Part shown: one piece after another, positions 52,309 through 64,000 of the stretch
Layout: every line of letters starts with the position of its first letter
Numbering within the stretch: the stretch's first letter is position 1
Position numbers and translations under genes: made by a program
The notes under the pieces: model-generated
What the model saw: only the letters and a program-made list of their open reading frames with translations
The model's database searches: none
Told to the model about the DNA's origin: nothing
Assembly (NCBI GenBank): GCA_964016885.1
Contig: OZ024745.1
Span: 110,112,001-110,176,000, forward strand
Direction: 5' to 3'
DNA from: Eledone cirrhosa
Taxonomy: Eukaryota
Length of the DNA: 64,000 bases

Positions 52309-52478
52309 TAATTGTTTCTACTTTAGGCACAAGGCCATCAATTACCCAGTACATTACTGGTACTTTATTTTATCGACCCTGTAAGGATGAAAGGCAAAGT
52401 TGAACTCAGACCGTAAAGGGACGTAACTATGCTGGAAAGCATGGCGTCCGACTCTCTACCGATACTGCCAATCCACCT
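52309..52478 (-). mobile_element. SINE family A with internal deletion across the B-box region
   Basis: The junction ggcaaagttgaactcag lacks ~16 bp; TSD taataatataat. Confidence 0.9.
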
Positions 52479-53137
52479 TAATAATATAATAATGCATATA
52501 TATATATATATACACACAAATATATACATATATTTACATATACATATATATACACATATATACACACATATATATATATATATATACCTATGTAAATGTA
52601 TGTGTATATACATATAGCTATCTCTCTCTCTCTATATATATATATACATATATATATGTATATATAAATGATCTAAAATTATTATATCATCAATATTTTA
52701 ATTTTCCCTTTTCAGCTGACATGAGTAATAACTAAAGTTAATTATTAATACGGTAATCTTAGGAAATTTATACGACTGCTGCACTGACAGAATCAATAGT
52801 GAGAGCAAGAGAAGTATTTAATGACATTTTAATGACATGCCTTTCTTTCAGAGTTCAAATCTTTCTGAGATCAACTTTGACTTACATCCTTCTTGAGTCA
52901 ATAAAATAAGAACGAACCCCAAAATTACTTCACCTCCAATATTTGTGGCTATGTGCCAATGTAAAAAATCAATCTTAATGAATTAATGCAATGAATAGTA
53001 GGTAACCTAAAATTACAAAAGTTTAACAAATAAGAAATAAAATCTTACATTCAAGATCTGTCTCATTCATTTCTAGCAGTTGGTGCACCATTTTAAGTAG
53101 GGCTGACATCAGGCTATTGTGCCCTAAACTGTGGCTG

Positions 53138-53292
53138 CTTCTTCTTGTTCGATGAGGCTGAGGTCATCCTAAGCCAGTGATTCCAAAACATTGTCATACA
53201 TCGAGCCAATTAGGTCCACCATCGCTGGTGGTCGTGTACCAGTTCCTTTGCATCCTCCATCTGCTTTCTACCAGATCATCCTACCAGGGCCC
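53138..53292 (-). pseudogene. Possible LINE 3'-end remnant
   Basis: PW*DDL...AKELVHDHQRW followed by a (GAA) tail. Confidence 0.4.
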
Positions 53293-54554
53293 TAAGCTAG
53301 CTCTAAAATATGTACCATCTTCTCCATTGTTTTCTATAACTTCTTCTAGCTATTGTCCTCTCTACAACAGCTGAAGAATTATCATTAGCTTGCAAACAAG
53401 AAATCTATTGTTTTATGCATATCACTGAGTAAATCTCTCTCTGTCAAAATTCAAAATATTTTGTGCCAACAACATCAGACAAGCTATAACACCACACAAT
53501 AATATTGTCTCCTCTCTTCCACCCATCTTCTATGCTCCTCTGTTTTAGGAATGTCTTCACCTTTTCTCTTTACTGCTACATTTTTGTGGGTTTTTCTTTT
53601 TATTTCAATTAAAAAAAATTGTTTAACTTCTTTTAGTACCAAACCACTGTTTCTACAATACAAAACTGTTTGTTTTAAAGTGTTTATCATCATCATCACC
53701 ATTTCCATTTAACATCAATTTTTCCACACTTGCATGGGTTAGGCGGGTCATCCCCACCGGGATGCAAGACTGGCCAGGGTTGGCCATGTGTCACCCCTTG
53801 ATCCAGCGAGGACTGTAAATTTGGCTGGGTATTTTACAGCTGGATGCCCTTCCTAACACCAACCACGCTTACAGTGTGGAACTGGATGACTCCATTATAA
53901 CGTCTGTTACCGACTGTTTGGAAGGAGGATGTGTGTGAGAATTGGTATAGGAGCTTGTGTCTGAGTGTTAAAATATTGCAACTATAATACGACAAAATAG
54001 AAGAAAATAGGTGATAATAGTCTTACAAAATGATTTTACCAATGGTCGTGGTGAAGGTGTTAGGTGAGAATAAACAGGAATCAAAAATGCAATGTCTTAT
54101 GATTTAATTAAAAAAAAAAACAAATGTTATTCTTTATATTAACACTGAACTGATGAATTTGAAAATATTTCAAGATATCTTGTGGGTCTGAATAGCCATA
54201 AAAATGGTGACTATGTTAAGAATCTGCCTCAGAACTGGTACACCTTAACATAATGGATTCTAACTAGACACAAGGCTAGCAATGTAAGAGAAAGGGGAAA
54301 GTCAATAAATCAAGGTTGATATGTAATTGTTACTAGATTTTATCAGGCCCAATTTTTCAAAAGTTTTGTGGGTGTCAATAGAAATTTAAAATTCAAATAT
54401 TTTCGCCAAAAGTCCAAATATTATTGAGTCTCTTTTCTCGGAGGCAAAGTCTGATGTCTCCTTTGTAACAAAACACCAATTTAAATGTGTGAAAAAAAGC
54501 AAACTTATGGGAGTGCTTTACAATATGTGCCAACAAACGAACTTGTAAAATAAT

Positions 54555-54953
54555 AATAATTGTTTCTACTTTTGGCACAAGGCCAGCAATTTTCCAGTGC
54601 ATTACTGGTACTTTATTTTATCGACCCCGTAAGGATGAAAGGCAAAGTTAACCTCGGCGGGATTTGAACTCAGATCATAAAGGGCCGTAACTCTTTGCTG
54701 CAAAGCATGGCATCCGACCCTCTACTGATACTGCCAATCCACAATGATTTTTAGTATAGGCACAAGGCCAGTAATATTTTGGGGGGCGGAGTCGATTAAA
54801 TCGACCCCAGTACGTTATTGGTACTTTATTTTACCGACCCAGTAAGGATGAAATGCAAAGTTAACCTCAGCAGGATTTGGACTCAGACTGTAAAGGACCA
54901 TAACTCTATGCTGCAAAGTTTGGTGTCCAACTCTACCGATACTGCCAATCCAC
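54555..54953 (-). mobile_element. SINE family A dimer (short form plus long form)
   Basis: Units 54555-54741 and ~54745-54953. Confidence 0.93.
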
Positions 54954-54969
54954 CAATAATAATAAGATG

Positions 54970-55075
54970 GAGAAGAAGAAAGAAGAAGAAAGAAAGAAGA
55001 AGAAAGAAGAAGAAAGAAGAAGAAAGAAGAAGAAAGAAGAAGAAAGAAGAAAGAAGAAAGAAGAAGAAGAAGCAA
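54970..55075. repeat. (GAA/GAAA)n polypurine tract
   Basis: Read directly from the sequence. Confidence 0.95.
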
Positions 55076-57841
55076 GATAAGGGGAAGAAGAAGAAATGTA
55101 AAAGATGAAGAGAATGTGATAAAAAGGTGTAATCAGTTATAGCAAAGTAACTGTTTGTTTTTGTTTTTATTTTTTACTTCTTTTCTTTGGTAAAAAAAAT
55201 TAACCCTGATTTATATTTCCTGTTGTACCTTTCCTTTTATCTGTGAAGCACATAGTCTACAATGGACCATGTAATGGCTAATAGGCGTCTCAGTAAATGC
55301 AAAACTAAGACTTCCTTTTGCAATGAACATCATTAAAGCAATCCAATTAGCTAACTGAAAAGGCCACAATAAATAAGAAGATTATGGAAAGATAATGTTG
55401 AAAATAACCTCATATAAAGGTGTGTCTTTTTCTCCTTTGTTCTATTATGGTGTTGTTTCATGCTTAACAGTATTCACACATTGCTCTTGTAGCATATAAA
55501 AGAAATCAATCTTATTAGTGTTGTTGTTTACAATGAATGGACAGCTATAACAGAAATCTTCAGAAGAAGAATATTTTACCATGTTCATTTAATAAAAAAA
55601 AAGATGTTTTCTTTTCTGTTTATTTTGACAAACAAAGGGCTTTAGTATATTTCAGCATCAATCCTGGCTAGCTCTTAAAGAGCAGAAAAAGATGCTAACC
55701 ACAAATATGATAGCAACTGATACGGTTGAAAAAGTTTTGAATTGTTTGTAAACAAGTGAAAAAAGAATTTTTAAAAAAGGATAAACAAAAACATTGATAA
55801 CTGAAATAGAACAGAAAACTTTCCTGAACACAGACATTTTTATTTTAACAAACTGAAGTTGTGAGAAAGTAAACATTAACAATCACAAAAGCAACAGTGG
55901 TACATCTTTTACTAGCATTGTGAGTCAGAGAAAAATAGGGGATATGGAAAGGAAAGGAAGAACTGTCAGAAAGGTATGCTACAAAATAGAGTGCCTTTTT
56001 GCTTGAGAAATTACTCCAAAAGCAAGTATAAAAGTAACTGGCCTATTTTTCAAAATAATGATGGGGGCTCCCAATATTTTTATTCTGTAGGTCTGGTTCT
56101 TATTCTATTTATTGCAAAAGAAAAAATAGCAAAGTTGATCTTAAAGTGACTCAAACTCAGAATGATAAGCAATTTGTTTCTCTCTAACAATTCTTCCAAT
56201 TCAGTCAGTGTCCTTTATCTTGAAACTAATATTAAGAAATTACCAATGAATGTATAAAGACAAGTGAATCCAAAGTACTTGCTAAACAACACATAAACTA
56301 AGAAAATCAATGTAGTGACAACAGATTTCCATTTAATATGTATCAAGGACAGTGACTAATGTGATTGATTCTTGAGACAAACGACTAGAAATTATAGAAT
56401 TAACAGGTAATAAATGTCATGGTCAGATATATCAGTCACAGAAGACAGTCAGAGATCCCCTGAAAGAGAATTCTAATATCAAAGAAAGCTCTGTCAACAT
56501 ATTTGGGGATTTAAAGTAATGCTGTGTCCAGTGTAAGTGCAAGTAAATCCTTAACATGAAAGAAGTTGAAAGTAGCAACAGAAGAAATGTCATGAAGACA
56601 TTTTTATATTATTAACAGAATTATGACTACAATTCTCAGAATAAAATAGAACAAGTATTGCATTATAGCTCTTGACATTATTAAAAGTATAAATATATAA
56701 AATGCATATTTATATGCTCTGTGTATTGACACATGGCAATATGCTTAAGGATTTTCCCTTCATAATCATTAAGAACCAGGATTTAATAATTATGAAGCAA
56801 ACTTCTTAACTATTTGGCCATGTCGTGTCCACACACAGAGCATATGAGTTGTGTTAAGTTCTTGAGTTGCAAAACCTGAGGTAGTAAGAACATAAAATAA
56901 TTACACTACAAGGAATTCCTATTATTCTTTTTTTTTCTGTTTAGCAATCACAACTAAGAACATACTGTATCTCCATCTTTAGTATAGTATTGCTATATTC
57001 TACTTCTAAATTCTTTTATTCTTTCACTTGTTTCAGCCATTAGACTGCAACCATGCTGAAACACAGTCTTGAAAAGATTTTGAGTAGATCATATCAACTT
57101 TTTTATTATTCATATCAACTTTTTTATTATTCTTTCAAGTTTGGTATTTATTTTATCAATCTCTGTTTGTTGTTGAACAGCTATATAAGATGACATCAAC
57201 AAACAGTAAATGTAAACACACACATATATACACACATCCAATGGGATCCCATTCTGTTTTCATCTCCCAAATTTCACTCAGATGGTGCTGGTCAATCTGA
57301 GGATATAGTAGAAGACATTAGCCCAAGGTGCCACATTGTGGAATTTAATCTGAAAGTCCGTGGTTGTAAAGCAAACTCCTGAACTACACAGCCAGCTATG
57401 ACTGATGTTAATTTAGGAAAACTTTGTGGATTGCATTTAAATATGCAAGTAAAGTTGTTCCAGCAATGTTATGTTTCTTCTCATTGTTATAAAATCATAA
57501 GGAATGTAAAGGAATGTATGTGAAGATTTTTTTTAAATGCATGATTAAAAGATAGGTATTGAAACATCTGAATAAAAATGGCCGATCGTTAAGGCAACTT
57601 GTTCCCTTAATTAACTTCTTTTGTGTTTTAAGTAGAGATGTATTTGTGACAATAGTCTACATTTGTCCTTCTCAGAACTAATTTTGAAACTTAAATATTT
57701 TTCTGTACAACTTAAGTGAGATAAGAATAAGTAAATAGACCATAGTTCCTTAGGGGAGAGGAAAGGGTGGCATATATTATATTTTAGCAAGTATCACATT
57801 CACTCATTTTTCTTTAGTCTAAATAGTTATAAAGCTACAGA

Positions 57842-57997
57842 ACATCATCATCATCGTTTAACGTCTATCTTCCATGCTAGCATGGGTTAGACAGGAGTCG
57901 TCCCACTTGAGGCAAGATTGGTAGGGTGACTGTGTCTCGCTCGTATAGGACTATCTGGCAGGTTTTCTGCAGCTGGATGCCCTTCCTAACACCAACC
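57842..57997 (-). mobile_element. Family B RTE-tail repeat
   Basis: catcatcatcgtttaacgtctatcttccatgctagcatgggttagac; similar copies at 53690-53880 and 63189-63322. Confidence 0.8.
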
Positions 57998-58149
57998 TAT
58001 AGAAAAAAAGAGCTTCATTTAATGGGGACTTGATAGTCTCATGTTATAACATTTGCATATTAGGTGACTAAGGACAGTTGAAAGAATTCAGTCAGCTAAG
58101 AAATCATAAACCATAAACTAATAATTTAATCAGAATGTCTGCAGCCCAT

Positions 58150-58245
58150 CTGAGGAAGGAGCCCCATGAGGTGGGGTGGCTGTTGCAGTGGGTGTCGCTG
58201 GCCATTGTCCGTGGAAATGCTTTTGCAGTCTTGTCCGTGGGGCAC
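58150..58245 (+). pseudogene. C-terminal remnant of an RLE-type non-LTR retrotransposon (CRE-like)
   Basis: EPHEVGWLLQWVSLAIVRGNAFAVLS matches the L.QR(I/L)S.A(I/V)QRGNA..(V/I)L C-terminal motif; a GC-rich island in AT-rich DNA. Confidence 0.6.
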
Positions 58246-59370
58246 AGCCTCTCCACTGCCACTCCCCTAATCCCAGAACACAATAATCCTCCCCCTCCAC
58301 ATTCTTCTGTGACACTAGAGTCTATGCCATCCCCCCATTTCACTTTTTCTTTGTTATTTTCTTTTTTCTATTAAACTGTATTTACATGATAAAACTGTAT
58401 TTCCATAAATAAAATTTCAGTATATTTTTTGTAACATTTGATAAAGGGTGAATCAAAACATCTTCACCATGTGAAGACTAATCTTATAGGCTTCATAATT
58501 TTCACCACATTCTTTAATATTCTTCAAACAATTGATACAGAAGATAATGACACAGCCATCAACACTTTCATATTTTCAAATTAAAATGTACAATTCATAA
58601 GATGCTTTAAGAACTTAATATAAATGGAAAATATAAATGCATCATTCCCTTTAATTTCGTTCATGTATATCTACTTAGAAATAAGAGTAAAAGTCAGTTA
58701 AAATTTCATTAAATGTGATCACGTATGATCGTATGTATTAATTATGTACTTTATCTGCCCAGAAGGATTTTTAAAAGAAATAGATCACAAATGTATACTA
58801 TATGTATAAACTAAAAAGAAGTTGTTTTATTTAAATCTTTAAAAAAATATATAAAACTATTTGAATTAACACATTTGAAAAATTAATCCATTTAAATGTT
58901 ATTTGAACTTGTTATGTGTACATTTATTTTAGATAATTAATACCAAAAGGAGATGATATCTTTGATGAAGTAAATTGTCTAATTGAAACCACATGATAAA
59001 AGAATCAGATATTTAATTACAACATGTCATTGAGGGTTGATAGAAATTTAAAGTAATCTTTTCATCTAAGAATTTTGCCCAGACCTAAAATAATAATTCA
59101 ATTTTTTTTTACCTGATTCTTGAAATCACCAAGTAAATTGGTATCAAATCAGATTTCACAAATTCAATTTTTGTAAACATTACATTTGATGCATTTAATA
59201 TTTATGTAATTGATAAAAATTGCAATGCTGCAGGAACGGCCATGTTGTAATAAATAATAATGCTGTTGGAAACACATTCCATATGATTTTGGTTGAAAAA
59301 GAAAAGAAAACCAAAAAAGCAATATAGATATTTGTTTTGTATTTGAAAATATATGCATACATATGAATGT

Positions 59371-59425
<55 letters not shown>

Positions 59426-59458
59426 ATATAATATAAAATATACATATGTATGTACGTA

Positions 59459-59492
<34 letters not shown>

Positions 59493-60919
59493 ACATAATA
59501 TAAAGTAATATGTATGTGTGTTGGTGTACATATGTATCCCATATACATATGTGTATGTGTAGCTGTATGTATTTGTTTGTACAAATGTAATTATACATAT
59601 GTGAGTATGTGTGGGTATAAGATTTAAGTATGTATGTGTTTATATAAAACAATAATAATGATGATAGATATAACATTAATAACATTAACCACATGAATAT
59701 TTAAGACAAATTATTTCCAGAAGGGATTTTGCATTTGCAGCAAAAGGAAAATGAATTATGACTGACTGACAATCTTATCACCACCAAATTATAGAATAAT
59801 TTTTATATTGTTACTCTAATTATTAGTGTCATTGTTAGAATAACCATCATAACAATTATATAAACTGTAAGCAGTTTTGCTGTAAAGCCAAAGGCTGCTT
59901 AATTATTTTGTCGTTTCCCATAACACAATCAGTTTTTGCCTAAAACTAATCATTAAAAAAATTTCTTTTAATCTCTACAAATTAGAATCTATTGAGATAT
60001 TTTTCTCTTTTCTCTACCAATCATTATTTAATAACAAGAAGTATATTTAAAGAAATGTAAAATAAATTGTGTAAACAAAATGAATTATGAGTGTATTTAT
60101 TCTATTTTAATAGTTCTTTATGAAAGCTCTTGAGAAGTTTCACCTATAACACTCCATCGAAATGGCAGTTAGATCTTTGTGTTTAATCAAGTGTCATAAC
60201 AGAAAATCATTTGCCACATACTTAAATGAAATGAAGAATTATTAATGAAAAGGTATTTCTTCACCTGAAATACTTAATTAAATCTTTACTGTCTACATTC
60301 ATGTGATATTTGTAGCTGATACGTTAATTCATCTGAACAAAGATTAGGCTGCAGCCAGCTTTATTAAATTGACAAGTAACAAAAATAAATTAAATGTTTT
60401 TATTGTTAACATTTTCATTCAATAAAAGCTTTTACTTTCTTTTATATTTAATAAAATTGAACTCTACAGAAATAAAGATGATAATATGAACATTAATCTG
60501 AAGATATATTAGGATATGTATGAAACCTTAAGCTTTAGAACGATGTTGATATAATTGGAAACATTTAAGAAGAGAAATATCAAAGGAACTTAGAATGAGC
60601 TTGTACTCTTTATTTAGTACCAAGACCAAACACTTTAAACAAGATTTCTTTTTACACCCATCATTTTATTCATTTATACTGGCGCACTGTGTTGAAAGAC
60701 GTAGTCTATCCTATCAATGGTTTATACTAAAAGAAAGTTAAAATATAGACCAGAGCTTATCCTGGTGTCAAGCAAATGAGAAGTAAAACATGGATTAAAC
60801 ATGGATTAACCCTCAACTTTTGCTGCTCCTTTCCAGCTGAATGAACTGAAACAATGGGAAATTAAGTGTTTTGCTGAAAAACATGTATCCTAATCCGAGA
60901 TTGGAACTCATAACATAAT

Positions 60920-61105
60920 TGTTTCTACTTTTGGCACAAGGCCAGCAATTACCCAGTGCATTACTGGTACTTTATTTCATCGACCCCGTGAGGATGAAAG
61001 GTAAAGTTAACCTCGACGGGATTTGAACTCAGAATGGCAAGGAACGTAACTCTATGCATCAAAGCATGGCGTCCGACCCTCTACCGATACTGCCAATCCA
61101 CCGCC
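60920..61105 (-). mobile_element. SINE family A nested in a family C SINE, 13-bp TSD
   Basis: ctcataacataat at 60907-60919 and 61106-61118. Confidence 0.95.
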
Positions 61106-61127
61106 CTCATAACATAATGATTGTGAG

Positions 61128-61408
61128 CAAGGGACTCGTTTGCCTTAAAAATGTGAGGGGGGGACAAACCAACATTTGTTGATTCTTAAACGAGCATAAA
61201 ATTGCTTATGGTGCCTTTCCAGGACCCTATCACAAGTAAAATTTTACGCTAGTTAATTTTATATATTCAAATGAAATTCAGATATAATAAAAAGTAAGCT
61301 TAAAAAGAATTTATTATATCAAATAAACAAAAAATAAAATATAGACATTTGAAAAAGTGGTGGGGACTTGTCACCTGGTACCCCCCCCCCCTTGAAACAA
61401 AGACCTTG
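61128..61408. mobile_element. hAT-type MITE, 281 bp
   Basis: 8-bp TSD attgtgag at 61120-61127 and 61409-61416; termini CAAGG...CCTTG with an imperfect extension (gttt/aaac). Confidence 0.75.
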
Positions 61409-62000
61409 ATTGTGAGTCCAGCACCCTAACCACTATACAACATGCCTTCACATAGTGGAGAGTAAATAGCAAATGGAAACATCTATTGCTTAATGACAAC
61501 TCAAAAGTGAAGAAAACTGAAATGTGCACACACACACACACACACACATATAAATACATACATATATATCTATATAATTTCATTACACCTGGTGATAGAG
61601 GACACTGTTTTGATCATTCCTCCATGCATTCTGCACCACTGTACACAGTCTGTAGAGATGGTCATAACTGGACCTTAAAACCTAAAGTAGTGCTTTACTT
61701 GTTCTGTGTATGAAAATAAGTGAATACCAGCTCTCTTACATTACATCGAGCACTTTTCTTTCATTTTCCTATCCACAGATATTTTTGCTATACATACATA
61801 TATAAATGCATACATTACATACATATATCTATATATATATAATGTAAGATTGAACATGTAATCTCCCTCATTTAATTGTCATATTTATCACATACCCACA
61901 GGAGTTCCCCCTCCCCCCACATCCATTCTCACTACATAATGGAACCTCCGTGACATCTCCTGCATGTATGCACCCCTCCCTCAATTCATGGTTATGCTAT

Positions 62001-62222
62001 TTAACCTATTAGCATTTACATTATTTATATTTATTTATTGTATTTTGTGATAAAGGTTTAATATCTCACATAATATCAAATCTATGAGATTTTGATATTA
62101 TTTATTTTGAGAACAATACTATAACATAAGTATGAGCAGCCAGTTACAACCGGTTTGAACAGAAAGAGGTGAGAGAATTCTGGCTGGATAATGCTAAAGG
62201 GTTTAAATGCTAAAGAGGTATA
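62001..62222 (-). mobile_element. piggyBac-type MITE (family D)
   Basis: Reverse copy with a duplicated TIR piece (aatgctaaagggtttaaatgctaaagagg). Confidence 0.83.
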
Positions 62223-64000
62223 AACAACATCTGACTCAAACTGTTATATTGGTGGTCACCCCTTTCAGGACGGGATTAACTTGACAGTTAGTTTCACTTA
62301 TTTCAGGGTCTTATATGCCCTATTATTCAGACTATTTCTCTATAATCATAAAAAATTCGATGAAGCTTCTTACTTTATCATAAATTTCAAACTTCACTCA
62401 TCTTTTCTAAAACATGCATTCATTTTTAGTTTATTTTCAGCACCAATTCTTCAAAGCCTTGATACAAACATAAAAAAACAACAACTGTGCTTAAATAGTT
62501 ATAGAAACAAAAATATAATTTCAATTATACAAATGTAAGATCTCAAACATTAAAATGTTGATTCAATTTCTATTCCAATATGTCGAGTTACTTGACTTTT
62601 GTTTTCAAGCTTTTAAATGCTGCCAATATCAATTTGATAAATATCACCAACTCTCTTCTTTCAAATATAAAATGAAGCATTCTTAAATCAATGAATCAAA
62701 CTAAATTTGATAAAACATTGCAAAATGCTTCTTATTTTTAAGACAGTAATTAATGAAGCAACATTTATAAAATGTATGATGTATTTTCCTAATCTTGAAT
62801 TATATAAATATATAAATAAAACAAGAATTATATAAATATATAAATAAAACAATGTAGGAATAAGCTCCATATGATACACGTAGACAATAAAAACAACAAT
62901 CTCACAAAATGTTAATATATAAACTTTTACTAACTTTATCTATATTTGTAGATAATAAAATGCAGTTTGTTTGAAGCATTGTATATAACATATAATGTGG
63001 AAAGTGATACAAGGCTAAACAATGCAAAACGGACTGTAAGATGAAGGTAACGAAAAAGTAAGTTACCTAGTAATCTTTTGTTTTGTTTTTGTTGATGTTG
63101 TTTCTTTCTTTCTGGGACTTACAATTCCCTTCTTCAGAGTATAAGGAACTCTCAGAGAAAAATGTTCTGATTTCTTCCCTTTGGAATTCATCATCATCAC
63201 CATCATCATTTAACGTCTATCTTCCACACTAGCATGGGTTAGATGGGAATTGTCCCACTTGAGACAAGATTGGTCAGGTGACCATGTCTCACTCATATAG
63301 GGCTGTATATGGCAGGATGCCCTAGATATTAATATGTTTAATGTATCTGTTGGTTTCAGATCTGGTGATTACAGAGGCCACAAGCAAATAAGAAATCCAT
63401 CTTAAAAACAGAGTATAGTATACATGGGTTTATTCATATTATTACAACATGGCCATGATGTTTCAACAATATTGGTATTCACTAAGCTTCATTTTTCTTC
63501 TCTTAGCAAGTACATGAGATTGTAAGAATAAGAATAAATTCCTTTATATTCCAAAAATATCTCTGTAATTTTGAACAGATTAAATAAATCTGAAAATTTG
63601 AATATTCTGTAAGAATTGTTTAAATCAGTTTTTGTAAAATAATACATTTGCAGGATGGAAATAGTTAGAATAATACAAAGCAGAGTTGAGGTAGCAAATT
63701 GAAAGAGTCGTATTCCTTCCAGTTTCCTGCACTCTCAGTTCAAATCCTGCCATGGTCAATTTTGTCTTTCATCCTTTTGAGGTTGATAAAATGTACCAGT
63801 CTAGTATTTGGATCGATTCTTCCTCTATATCTCTTTCTCACTTCACCTCTCTAACACACTCAAACCCAGGGCTCTGCAAAGTTTTAAATGCCCAAAATGT
63901 CATATGTCATCATCAAGAATTATGCATGCATGCATACATACATACATGATGGCTGCCCCCTCATTATCGAGTATGGCCATTGCACGAGAAAAAAAAATAT

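Overview
This is AT-rich eukaryotic DNA with no host protein-coding gene I can support, so it is probably intergenic or intronic. The repeat repertoire looks like an octopus/coleoid cephalopod genome; this is an inference from remembered SINE families, not a database result. The window is a mosaic of: about 20 copies of a young tRNA-derived SINE (family A), many with TSDs and several in head-to-tail arrays; RTE-tail SINE-like repeats (family B); 9 piggyBac-type TTAA/CCC..GGG MITEs; 2 hAT-type MITEs with 8-bp TSDs; decayed LINE fragments (RTE endonuclease and RT pieces, plus probable RLE-type Hero-like and CRE-like C-termini); a 33-bp minisatellite; and long (TA)n/RY tracts that explain nearly all long ORFs in the track. 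The most interesting signal is a set of short fold-back (palindromic) elements next to (TA)n tracts. Two unrelated families among them carry type-I hammerhead-ribozyme architecture with the same non-canonical U.U pair opening stem II, and one has a CAGAAGA variant core. They are probably Penelope-like-element termini or retrozyme-like non-autonomous elements. No single copy in this window is fully canonical; the intact ribozyme is reconstructed from the consensus of copies.
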